Positions 52,529-62,906 of a DNA stretch of 64,000 nt are shown here, piece by piece; the first letter of the stretch is position 1; each line of letters begins with the position of its first letter. A program made the position numbers and the translations under genes. The notes beneath the pieces are model-generated. The model saw nothing but the letters and a program-made list of their open reading frames with translations. It was not told the origin of the DNA and did not search any database. Source of the DNA: Eledone cirrhosa (lineage: Eukaryota); NCBI GenBank assembly GCA_964016885.1, contig OZ024741.1, positions 257,796,001 through 257,860,000 on the forward strand, given 5' to 3'.

Positions 52529-54185
52529 GTTTCGCTTTACGAGTGTTTCGACTTACGTGTGTTTCGACTTACGAGTGTTTCGACTTACGAGTGTTTCGAC
52601 TTACGAGTGTTCTGACTTACGAGTGTTCTGACTTACGAGTGTTTCGACTTACGAGTGTTCTGACTTACGAGTGTTCTGACTTACGAGTGTTCCGACTTAC
52701 GAGTGTTTCGACTTACGAGTGTTTCGACTTACGAGTGTTTCGACTTACGAGTGTTTCGGCTTACGAGTGTTTTGACTTACGAGTGTTCTGACTACGAGTG
52801 TTCTGACTTACGAGTGTTTCGGCTTATGAGTGTTTCGACTCACGAGTGTTTCGGCTTATGAGTGTTTCGACTTACGAGTGTTTCGGCTTACGAGTGTTTC
52901 GACTTACGAGTGTTTCGACTTACGAGTGTTTCGACTTACGGGTGTTTCGACTTACGAGTGTTTCGACTACGAGTGTTTCGACTTACGAGTGTTTCGGCTT
53001 ACGAGTGTTTCGACTTACTAATGTTTTTACTTACGAGTGTTTCGGTGTACGAGTGTTTCGACTTAAGGATGTTTCGATTTACGAGTGTTTCGACTTACGA
53101 GTGTTTCGGCTTACGTGAGTTTCGACTTAAGAGTGTTCTGATTTACGAGTGTTCTGACTTGCGGGTGTTCTGATTTACGAGTGTTCCGACTTACGAGTGT
53201 TTCGGCTTATGAGTGTTTCGACTTACGAGAGTTTCGGCTTACGAGTGTTTCACCTTATGGGTGTTTCGACTTATGAGTGTTTTTACTTATGGTGTTTCGG
53301 CTTCCGAGTGTTTCGACATACGAGTGTTTTGACTTACGGGTGTTTCGGCTTACGAGTGTTTCGACTTACGAGTGTTTCGGCTTACGAGTGTTTCGACTTA
53401 CTAATGTTTTTACTTACGAGTGTTTCGGCGTACGAGAGTTTTGACTTACGAGTGTTTCGACTTACGAGTGTTTCGACTTACGAGTATTTTGACTTACGAA
53501 TGTTTTGACTTACGGGTGTTTCGGCTTACGAGTGCTTCGACTTACGAGTCTTTCGGCTTACGAGTGTTTCGACTTACTAATGTTTTTACTTACGAGTGTT
53601 TCGGCGTACGAGTGTTTCGACTTACGAGTGTTTCGACTTACGGGTGTTTTGACTTACGGGTGTTTCGGCTTACGAGTGTTTTGACTTAAGGGTGTTTCGA
53701 CTTACGAGTATTTTGGGCTTACGAGTGTTTCGACTTACGAGTGTTTTGACTAACGAGTGTTCTGATTTACGGATGTTTCGACATACGAGTGTTCAGACTT
53801 ACGAGTGTTCCGACTTACGAGTGTTTCGGCTTACGAGTGTTTCGGCTCACGAGTGTTTCGACTTACGAGTGTTCCGACTTACGAGTGTTTCGGCTTACGA
53901 GTGTTTCGGCTCACGAGTGTTTCGACTTACGAGTGTTTCGACTTACGAGTGTTTTGACTTACGGTGTTTCGGCTTACGAGTGTTTCGACTTACGAGTGTT
54001 TTGACTTACTGGTGTTATGACATACGAGTGTTTCGATACGAGTGTTTCGACTTACGAGTGTTCTGACTTACGAGTGTTCTAACTTACGAGTGTTCTGACT
54101 TACGAGTGTTCTGACTTACGAGTGTTCCGACTTACGAGTGTTTCGGCTCACGAGTGTTTCGGCTTACGAGTGTTTCGACTTACGA

Positions 54186-54254
54186 AAATAACAAATAGAC
54201 GCGGTTTCAAATCTCTATGCTTTTCAAATTCATTACATTAATCTTTATTTATAC
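54186..54254 (+). repeat. 69-bp AT-rich island, copy 24 (context B)
   Basis: Matches island consensus. Confidence 0.97.
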
Positions 54255-57200
54255 GTTTCGCTTTACGAGTGTTTCGACTTACGAGTGTTTCGGCTTACGA
54301 GTGTTTTGACTTACGAGTGTTTTGACTTACATGTGTTTCGACTTACGCGTGTTTCGACTTACGAGTGTTTCGACTTAAGAGTGTTTCGGATTACGAGTGT
54401 TTTGACTTGAGGGTGTTTCGACTTACGAGTGTTTCGATACGAGTGTTTCGACTTACGAGTGTTCTGACTTACGAGTGTTCTGATTTACGGATGTTTCGAC
54501 ACACGAGTGTTTCGAATTACGAGTGTTTCGACTTACGAGTGTTTTGACTTACGGGTGTTTTGACATACGAGTGTTTCGATACGAGTGTTTCGACTTACGA
54601 GTGTTCTGACTTACGAGTGTTCTGACTTACGAGTGTTCTAACTTACGAGTGTTCTTACTTACGAGTGTTCCGACTTACGAGTGTTCCGACTTACGAGTGT
54701 TTCGGCTTACGAGTGTTTTAATTTACGAGTGTTTTGACTTACGGGTGCTTCGACTTACGCGTGTTTCGACTTACGAGTGTTTCGACTTACGAGTGTTTCG
54801 ACTTACGATTGTTTCGGCTTACGAGTGTTTTAACTTACGAGTGTTCTGACTACGAGTGTTCTGACTTACGGGTGTTCTGACTTACGAGTGTTCCGACTTA
54901 CGAGTGTTTCGGCTTATGAGTGTTTCGACTTACGAGTGCTTCGACTTACGAGTGTTTCGGCTTACGGGTGTTTCGACTTACGAATGTTTTTGCTTACGAG
55001 TGTTTCGGCTTACGAGTGTTTAGGCTTATGAGTGTTTCGACTTACGAGTGTTTTGACTTACGGGTGTTTTGACATACGAGTGTTTCGATACGAGTGTTCT
55101 GACTTACGAGTGTTTCCGCTTACGAGTGTTTCGGCTTACGAGTGTTTCGACTTACTAATGTTTTTACTTACGAGTGTTTCGGTGTACGAGTGTTTCGACT
55201 TAAGGATGTTTCGACTTACGGGTGTTTCGGCTTACGAGTGTTTCGACTTACGAGTGTTTTGACTTACGAGTGTTCTGACTTACGAGTGTTCTGACTTATG
55301 AGTGTTCCGACTTACGAGTGTTCCGACTTACGAGTGTTTCGGCTTATGAGTGTTTCGACTTACGGGCGTTTCGACTTACGGGTGTTTCGACTTACGAGTG
55401 TTTTGACTTACGAGTGTTCTGACTTACGAGTGTTCTGACTTACGAGTGTTCCGACTTACGACTGTTTCGACTTACGAGTGTTTTGATTTACGAGTGTTCC
55501 GACTTACGAGTGTTTCGGCTTACGGGTGTTTCGACGTACGAGTATTTTTGGCTTACGAGTGTTTCGAGTTACGTGTGTTTTGAATTACGATTGTTTCGGC
55601 TTACGAGTGTTTCGACTTACGAGTATTTCGACTTACGAGTGTTTTGACTTATGGGTGTTTGACATACGAGTGTTTCGATACGAATGCTCTGACTTACGAG
55701 TGTTCTGACTTACGAGTGTTCTGACTTACGAGTGTTCTGACTTACGGGTGTTCTGACTTACGTGTGTTCCGACTTACGAGTGTTTCGGCTATGGGTGTTT
55801 CGACTTACGAGTGTTTCGACTTACGAATGTTTTGGCTTACGAGTGTTTCGGCTTACGAGTGTATCGACTTACGAATGTTTTGGCTTACGAGTGTTTCGGC
55901 TTACGGGTGTTTCGACTTACGAGTGTTTCGACTTACGAGTGTTTTGACTTACGGTGTTTCGGCTTATGAGTTATTCGACATACGAGTGTTTCGACTTACG
56001 GGTGTTTCGACTTACGGGTGTTTCGACTTATGAGTGTTTCGACTTACGAGTGTTCTGACTTACGAGTGTGCTGACTTACGAGTGTTCCGACTTACGAGTG
56101 TTTAGGTTTACGAGTGTTTCGACACATGAGTGTTTTGACTTACGGGTGTTTCGACTTACGGGTGTTTCGACTTACGAGTGTTTCGGCTTACGAGTGTTTC
56201 GACTTACTAATGTTTTTACTTACGAGTGTTTCGGTGTACGAGTGTTTCGACTTAAGGATGTTTCGATTTACGAGTGTTTCGACTTACGAGTGTTTCGGCT
56301 TACGTGAGTTTCGACTTAAGAGTGTTCTGATTTACGAGTGTTCTGACTTGCGGGTGTTCTGATTTACGAGTGTTCCGACTTACGAGTGTTTCGGCTTATG
56401 AGTGTTTCGACTTACGAGTGTTTCGGCTTACGAGTGTTTCACCTTATGGCTGTTTCGACTTACGAGTGTTTTTACTTATGGTGTTTCGGCTTCCGAGTGT
56501 TTCGACATACGAGTGTTTTGACTTACGGGTGTTTCGGCTTACGAGTGTTTCGACTTACGAGTGATTCGGCTTACGAGTGTTTCGACTTACTAATGTTTTT
56601 ACTTACGAGTGTTTCGGCGTGCGAGAGTTTTGACTTACGAGTGTTTCGACTTACGAGTGTTTCGACTTACGAGTATTTTGACTTACGAATGTTTTGACTT
56701 ACGGGTGTTTCGGCTTACGAGTGTTTCGACTTACGAGTCTTTCGGCTTACGAGTGTTTCGACTTACTAATGTTTTTACTTACGAGTGTTTCGGCGTACGA
56801 GTGTTTCGACTTACGAGTGTTTCGACTTACGGGTGTTTTGACTTACGGGTGTTTCGGCTTACGAGTGTTTTGACTTAAGGGTGTTTCGACTTACGAGTAT
56901 TTTGGGCTTACGAGTGTTTCGACTTACGAGTGTTTTGACTTACGAGTGTTCTGATTTACGGATGTTTCGACATACGAGTGTTCAGACTTACGAGTGTTCC
57001 GACTTACGAGTGTTTCGGCTTACGAGTGTTTCGGCTCACGAGTGTTTCGACTTACGAGTATTTCGACTTACGAGTGTTTTGACTTACGGTGTTTCGGCTT
57101 ACGAGTGTTTCGACTTACGAGTGTTTTGACATACTGGTGTTATTACATACGAGTGTTTCGATACGAGTGTTTCGACTTACGAGTGTTCTGACTTACGAGT

Positions 57201-57310
57201 GTTCTAACTTACGAGTGTTCTGACTTACGAGTGTTCTGACTTACGAGTGTTCCGACTTACGAGTGTTTCGGCTCACGAGTGTTTCGGCTTACGAGTGTTT
57301 CGACTTACGA

Positions 57311-57379
57311 AAATAACAAATAGACGCGGTTTCAAATCTCTATGCTTTTCAAATTCATTACATTAATCTTTATTTATAC
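57311..57379 (+). repeat. 69-bp AT-rich island, copy 25 (context B)
   Basis: Matches island consensus. Confidence 0.97.
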
Positions 57380-57949
57380 GTTTCGCTTTACGAGTGTTTT
57401 GACTTACGAGTGTTTCGACTTACGAGTGTTTCGGCTTACGAGTGTTTTGACTTACGAGTGTTTTGACTTACATGTGTTTCGACTTACGCGTGTTTCGACT
57501 TACGAGTGTTTAGACTTGCGAGTGTTTCGACTACGGGTGTTTCGACTTACGAATGTTTTGACTTACGGATGTTTTGACTTACGGGTGTTTCGGCTTACGA
57601 GTGTTTCGACTTACGAGTGTTTCGACTTACGAGTGTTTTGACTTACGGGTGTTTTGACTTACGGTGTTTCGGCTTACGAGTGTTTCGACTTACGAGTGTT
57701 TCGACTTACGGGTGTTTTGACATACGAGTGTTTCGATACGAGTGTTCTGACTTACGAGTGTTCTGACTTACGAGTGTTCTGACTTACGAGTGTTCTGACT
57801 TACGAGTGTTCTGACATACGTGTGTTCTGACTTACGAGTGTTCCGATTTACGAGTGTTTCGGCTTATGAGTGTTTCAACTCACGTATGTTTTTGCTTACG
57901 GGTGTTTCGACTTACGAATGTTTTTGCTTACGAGTGTTTCGACTTACGA

Positions 57950-58018
57950 AAATAACAAATAGACGCGGTTTCAAATCTCTATGCTTTTCAAATTCATTAC
58001 ATTAATCTTTATTTACAC
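57950..58018 (+). repeat. 69-bp AT-rich island, copy 26 (context C)
   Basis: Ends TTTACAC. Confidence 0.97.
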
Positions 58019-60550
58019 GTTTCGCTTTACGAGTGTTTCGACTTACGAGTGCTTCGACTTACGAGTGTTTCGACTTACGAGTGTTTCGACTTACGAGTGT
58101 TTCGACTTACGAGTGTTTCGACTTACGAGTGTTTTGACTTACGAGTGTTCTGACTTACGAGTGTTCTGACTTACGAGTGTTCCGACTTACGAGTGTTTCG
58201 ACTTACGAGTGTTTCGACTTACGAGTGTTTCGACTTACGAGTGTTTCGGCTTACGAGTGTTTTGACTTACGAGTGTTCTGACTACGAGTGTTCTGACTTA
58301 CGAGTGTTTCGGCTTATGAGTGTTTCGACTCACGAGTGTTTCGGCTTATGAGTGTTTCGACTTACGAGTGTTTCGGCTTACGAGTGTTTCGACTTACGAG
58401 TGTTTAGACTTACGAGTGTTTCGACTTACGGGTGTTTCGACTTACGAGTGTTTCGACTACGAGTGTTTCGACTTACGAGTGTTTCGGCTTACGAGTGTTT
58501 CGACATACGGGTGTTTCGACTTACGGTGTTTCGGCTTACGAGTGTTTCGACTTACGAGTGTTCTGACTTACGAGTGTTCTGACTTATGAGTGTTCTGACT
58601 TACGAGTGTTCTGACTTACGAGTGTTCCGACTTACGAGTGTTTCGGCTTACGAGTGTTTCGGCTTACGAGTGTTTCGACTTACGAATGTTTCGACTTACG
58701 AGTGTTTCGACTTACGAGTGTTTAGGTTTACGAGTGTTTCGACACATGAGTGTTTTGACTTACGGGTGTTTCGACTTACGGGTGTTTCGACTTATGAGTG
58801 TTTCGACTTACGAGTGTTCTGACTTACGAGTGTGCTGACTTACGAGTGTTCCGACTTACGAGTGTTTAGGTTTACGAGTGTTTCGACACATGAGTGTTTT
58901 GACTTACGGGTGTTTCGACTTACGGGTGTTTCGACTTACGAGTGTTTCGGCTTACGAGTGTTTCGACTTACTAATGTTTTTACTTACGAGTGTTTCGGTG
59001 TACGAGTGTTTCGACTTAAGGATGTTTCGATTTACGAGTGTTTCGACTTACGAGTGTTTCGGCTTACGTGAGTTTCGACTTAAGAGTGTTCTGATTTACG
59101 AGTGTTCTGACTTGCGGGTGTTCTGATTTACGAGTGTTCCGACTCACGAGTGTTTCGGCTTATGAGTGTTTCGACTTACGAGTGTTTCGGCTTACGAGTG
59201 TTTCACCTTATGGCTGTTTCGACTTACGAGTGTTTTTACTTATGGTGTTTCGGCTTCCGAGTGTTTCGACATACGAGTGTTTTGACTTACGGGTGTTTCG
59301 GCTTACGAGTGTTTCGACTTACGAGTGTTTCGGCTTACGAGTGTTTCGACTTACTAATGTTTTTACTTACGAGTGTTTCGGCGTACGAGAGTTTTGACTT
59401 ACGAGTGTTTCGACTTACGAGTGTTTCGACTTACGAGTATTTTGACTTACGAATGTTTTGACTTACGGGTGTTTCGGCTTACGAGTGTTTCGACTTACGA
59501 GTCTTTCGGCTTACGAGTGTTTCGACTTACTAATGTTTTTACTTACGAGTGTTTCGGCGTACGAGTGTTTCGACTTACGAGTGTTTCGACTTACGGGTGT
59601 TTTGACTTACGGGTGTTTCGGCTTACGAGTGTTTTGACTTAAGGGTGTTTCGACTTACGAGTATTTTGGGCTTACGAGTGTTTCGACTTACGAGTGTTTT
59701 GACTTACGAGTGTTCTGATTTACGGATGTTTCGACATAAGAGTGTTCAGACTTACGAGTGTTCCGACTTACGAGTGTTTCGGCTTACGAGTATTTCGACT
59801 TACGAGTGTTTTGACTTACGGTGTTTCGGGTTACGAGTGTTTCGACTTACGAGTGTTTTGACTTACTGGTGTTATGACATACGAGTGTTTCGATACGAGT
59901 GTTTCGACTTACGAGTGTTCTGACTTACGAGTGTTCTAACTTACGAGTGTTCTGACTTACGAGTGTTCTGACTTACGAGTGTTCCGACTTACGAGTGTTT
60001 CGGCTCACGAGTGTTTCGGCTTACGAGTGTTTCGACTTACGAGTGTTTTGACTTCCATGTGTTTCGACTTACGCGTGTTTCGACTTACGAGTGTTTCGAC
60101 TTGCGAGTGTTTCGACTACGGGTGTTTCGACTTACGAATGTTTTGACTTACGGATGTTTTGACTTACGGGTGTTTCGGCTTACGAGTGTTTCGACTTACG
60201 AGTGTTTCGACTTACGAGTGTTTTGACTTACGGGTGTTTTGACTTACGGTGTTTCGGCTTACGAGTGTTTCGACTTACGAGTGTTTCGACTTACGGGTGT
60301 TTTGACATACGAGTGTTTCGATACGAGTGTTCTGACTTACGAGTGTTCTGACTTACGAGTGTTCTGACTTACGAGTGTTCTGACTTACGAGTGTTCTGAC
60401 ATACGTGTGTTCTGACTTACGAGTGTTCCGATTTACGAGTGTTTCGGCTTATGAGTGTTTCGACTTACGTATGTTTTTGCTTACGGGTGTTTCGACTTAC
60501 GAATGTTTTTGCTTACGAGTGTTTCGGCTTACGAGTGTTTCGACTTACGA

Positions 60551-60619
60551 AAATAACAAATAGACGCGGTTTCAAATCTCTATGCTTTTCAAATTCATTA
60601 CATTAATCTTTATTTACAC
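60551..60619 (+). repeat. 69-bp AT-rich island, copy 27 (context C)
   Basis: Ends TTTACAC. Confidence 0.97.
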
Positions 60620-61635
60620 GTTTCGCTTTACGAGTGTTTCGACTTACGAGTGTTCCGACTTACGAGTGTTTCGACTTACGAGTGTTTCGACTTACGAGTG
60701 TTTCGACTTACGAGTGTTTCGACTTACGAGTGTTTTGACTTACGAGTGTTCTGACTTACGAGTGTTCTGACTTACGAGTGTTTCGACTTACGAGTGTTCT
60801 GACTTACGAGTGTTCTGACTTACGAGTGTTCCGACTTACGAGTGTTTCGACTTACGAGTGTTTCGACTTACGAGTGTTTCGACTTACGAGTGTTTCGGCT
60901 TAAGAGTGTTTTGACTTACGAGTGTTCTGACTACGAGTGTTCTGACTTACGAGTGTTTCGGCTTATGAGTGTTTCGACTCACGAGTGTTTCGGCTTATGA
61001 GTGTTTCGACTTACGAGTGTTTCGGCTTACGAGTGTTTCGACTTACGAGTGTTTCGACTTACGAGTGTTTCGACTTACGGGTGTTTCGACTTACGAGTGT
61101 TTCGACTACGAGTGTTTCGACTTACGAGTGTTTCGGCATACGAGTGTTTCGACATACGGGTGTTTCGACTTACGGTGTTTCGGCTTACGAGTGTTTCGAC
61201 TTACGAGTGTTCTGACTTATGAGTGTTCTGACTTACGAGTGTTCTGACTTACGAGTGTTCCGACTTACGAGTGTTTCGGCTTACGAGTGTTTCGGCTTAC
61301 GAGTGTTTCGACTTACGAATGTTTCGACTTACGAGTGTTTCGACTTACGAGTGTTTAGACTTACGAGTGTTTTGACTTACGGTGTTTCGGCTTACGAGTG
61401 TTTCGACTTACGAGTGTTTTGACTTACTGGTGTTTTGACATAAGAGTGTTTCGATACGAGTGTTTCGACTTACGAGTGTTCTGACTTACGAGTGTTCTGA
61501 CTTACGAGTGTTCTGACTTACGAGTGTTCTAACTTACGAGTGTTCTGACTTACGAGTGTTCTGACTTACGAGTGTTCCGACTTACGAGTGTTTCGGCTCA
61601 CCAATGTTTCGGCTTACGAGTGTTTCGACTTACGA

Positions 61636-61704
61636 AAATAACAAATAGACGCGGTTTCAAATCTCTATGCTTTTCAAATTCATTACATTAATCTTTATTT
61701 ATAC
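61636..61704 (+). repeat. 69-bp AT-rich island, copy 28 (context B)
   Basis: Matches island consensus. Confidence 0.97.
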
Positions 61705-62499
61705 GTTTCGCTTTACGAGTGTTTCGACTTACGAGTGTTTCGACTTACGAGTGTTTCGGCTTACGATTGTTTTGACTTACGAGTGTTTTGACTTACATGT
61801 GTTTCGACTTACGCGTGTTTCGACTTACGAGTGTTTCGACTTGCGAGTGTTTCGACTACGGGTGTTTCGACTTACGAATGTTTTGACTTACGGATGTTTT
61901 GACTTACGGGTGTTTCGGCTTACGAGTGTTTCGACTTACGAGTGTTCTGACTTACGAGTGTTCTGACTTACGGGTGTTCTGACTTACGAGTGTTCCGACT
62001 TACGAGTGTTTCGGCTTAAGAGTGTTTCGGATTACGAGTGCTTCGACTTACGAGTGTTTCGGCTTACGAGTGTTTCGACTTACGAGTATTCTGACTACGA
62101 GTGTTCTGACTTACGGGTGTTCTGACTTACGAGTGTTCCGACTTACGAGTGTTTCGACTTACGAGTGTTTCGGCTTTCGGGTGTTTAGACTTACGAGTGT
62201 TTCGGGTTACGAGTGTTTCGACTTACGAATGTTTTCGCTTACGAGTGTTTCGGCTTACGAGTGTTTCGACTTACGAGTGTTTCGACTTACGAGTGTTTTG
62301 ACTTACGGTTTTTCGGCTTGCGAGTGTTTCGACATACGAGTGTTTTGACTTACGGGCGTTTCGACTTACGGGTGTTTCGACTTACGAGTGTTTCGACTTA
62401 CGAGTGTTCTGACTTACGAGTGTTCTGACTTGCGAGTGTTCCGACTTACGAGTGTTTCGGCTTACGAGTGTTTCGACATACGAGTGTTTTGACTTACGA

Positions 62500-62568
62500 A
62501 AATAATAAATAGACGCGGTTTCAAATCTCTATGCTTTTCAAGTTCATTACATTAATCTTTATTTATAC
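62500..62568 (+). repeat. 69-bp AT-rich island, copy 29 (divergent type D)
   Basis: AAATAATAAAT and TTTCAAGTTC variants; followed by GCTTTACGAATG. Confidence 0.96.
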
Positions 62569-62837
62569 GTTTCGCTTTACGAATGTTTCGACTTACGAGT
62601 GTTTCGGCTTACGAGGGTTTCGGCTTACGGGTGTTCCGACTTACGAGTATTTTCGGCTTACGAGTGTTTCGACTTACGAGTGTTTTGACTTACGGGTGTT
62701 TTGACATACGAGTGTTTCGATACGAGTGTTCTGACTTACGAGTGTTCTGACTTACGAGTGTTCTGACTTACGAGTGTTCCGACTTACGAGTGTTTCGGCT
62801 CACGAGTGATTCGGCTTACGAGTGTTTCGACTTACGA

Positions 62838-62906
62838 AAATAATAGATAGACGCGGTTTCAAATCTCTATGCTTTTCAAGTTCATTACATTAATCTTTAT
62901 TTATAT
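62838..62906 (+). repeat. 69-bp AT-rich island, copy 30 (divergent type D)
   Basis: AAATAATAGAT, TTTCAAGTTC and TTTATAT variants; followed by GCTTTACGAATG. Confidence 0.96.

Larger units (their letters stand above)
49800..53010 (+). repeat. Overlapping 1852-bp and 1054-bp offset duplications
   Basis: Offsets 1852 (49924/51776, 50190/52042, islands 50608/52460) and 1054 (51489/52543, islands 51406/52460). Confidence 0.82.
56000..61350 (+). repeat. Higher-order tandem duplication, ~2.6-2.8-kb unit
   Basis: Offsets 2764 (56068/58832, 56386/59150, 56881/59645), 2601 (57981/60582) and 2649 (58320/60969). Boundaries approximate. Confidence 0.85.

Noticed and set aside
5110-62906. CRISPR array (island contains GTTTCAAAT, reminiscent of GTTTCAAT repeat ends)
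   Set aside because: The repeat is 69-83 bp, the intervening tracts are 0.3-6.6 kb of satellite rather than unique 25-45-bp spacers, and there are no cas genes or leader. The 16-mers themselves have no spacers.
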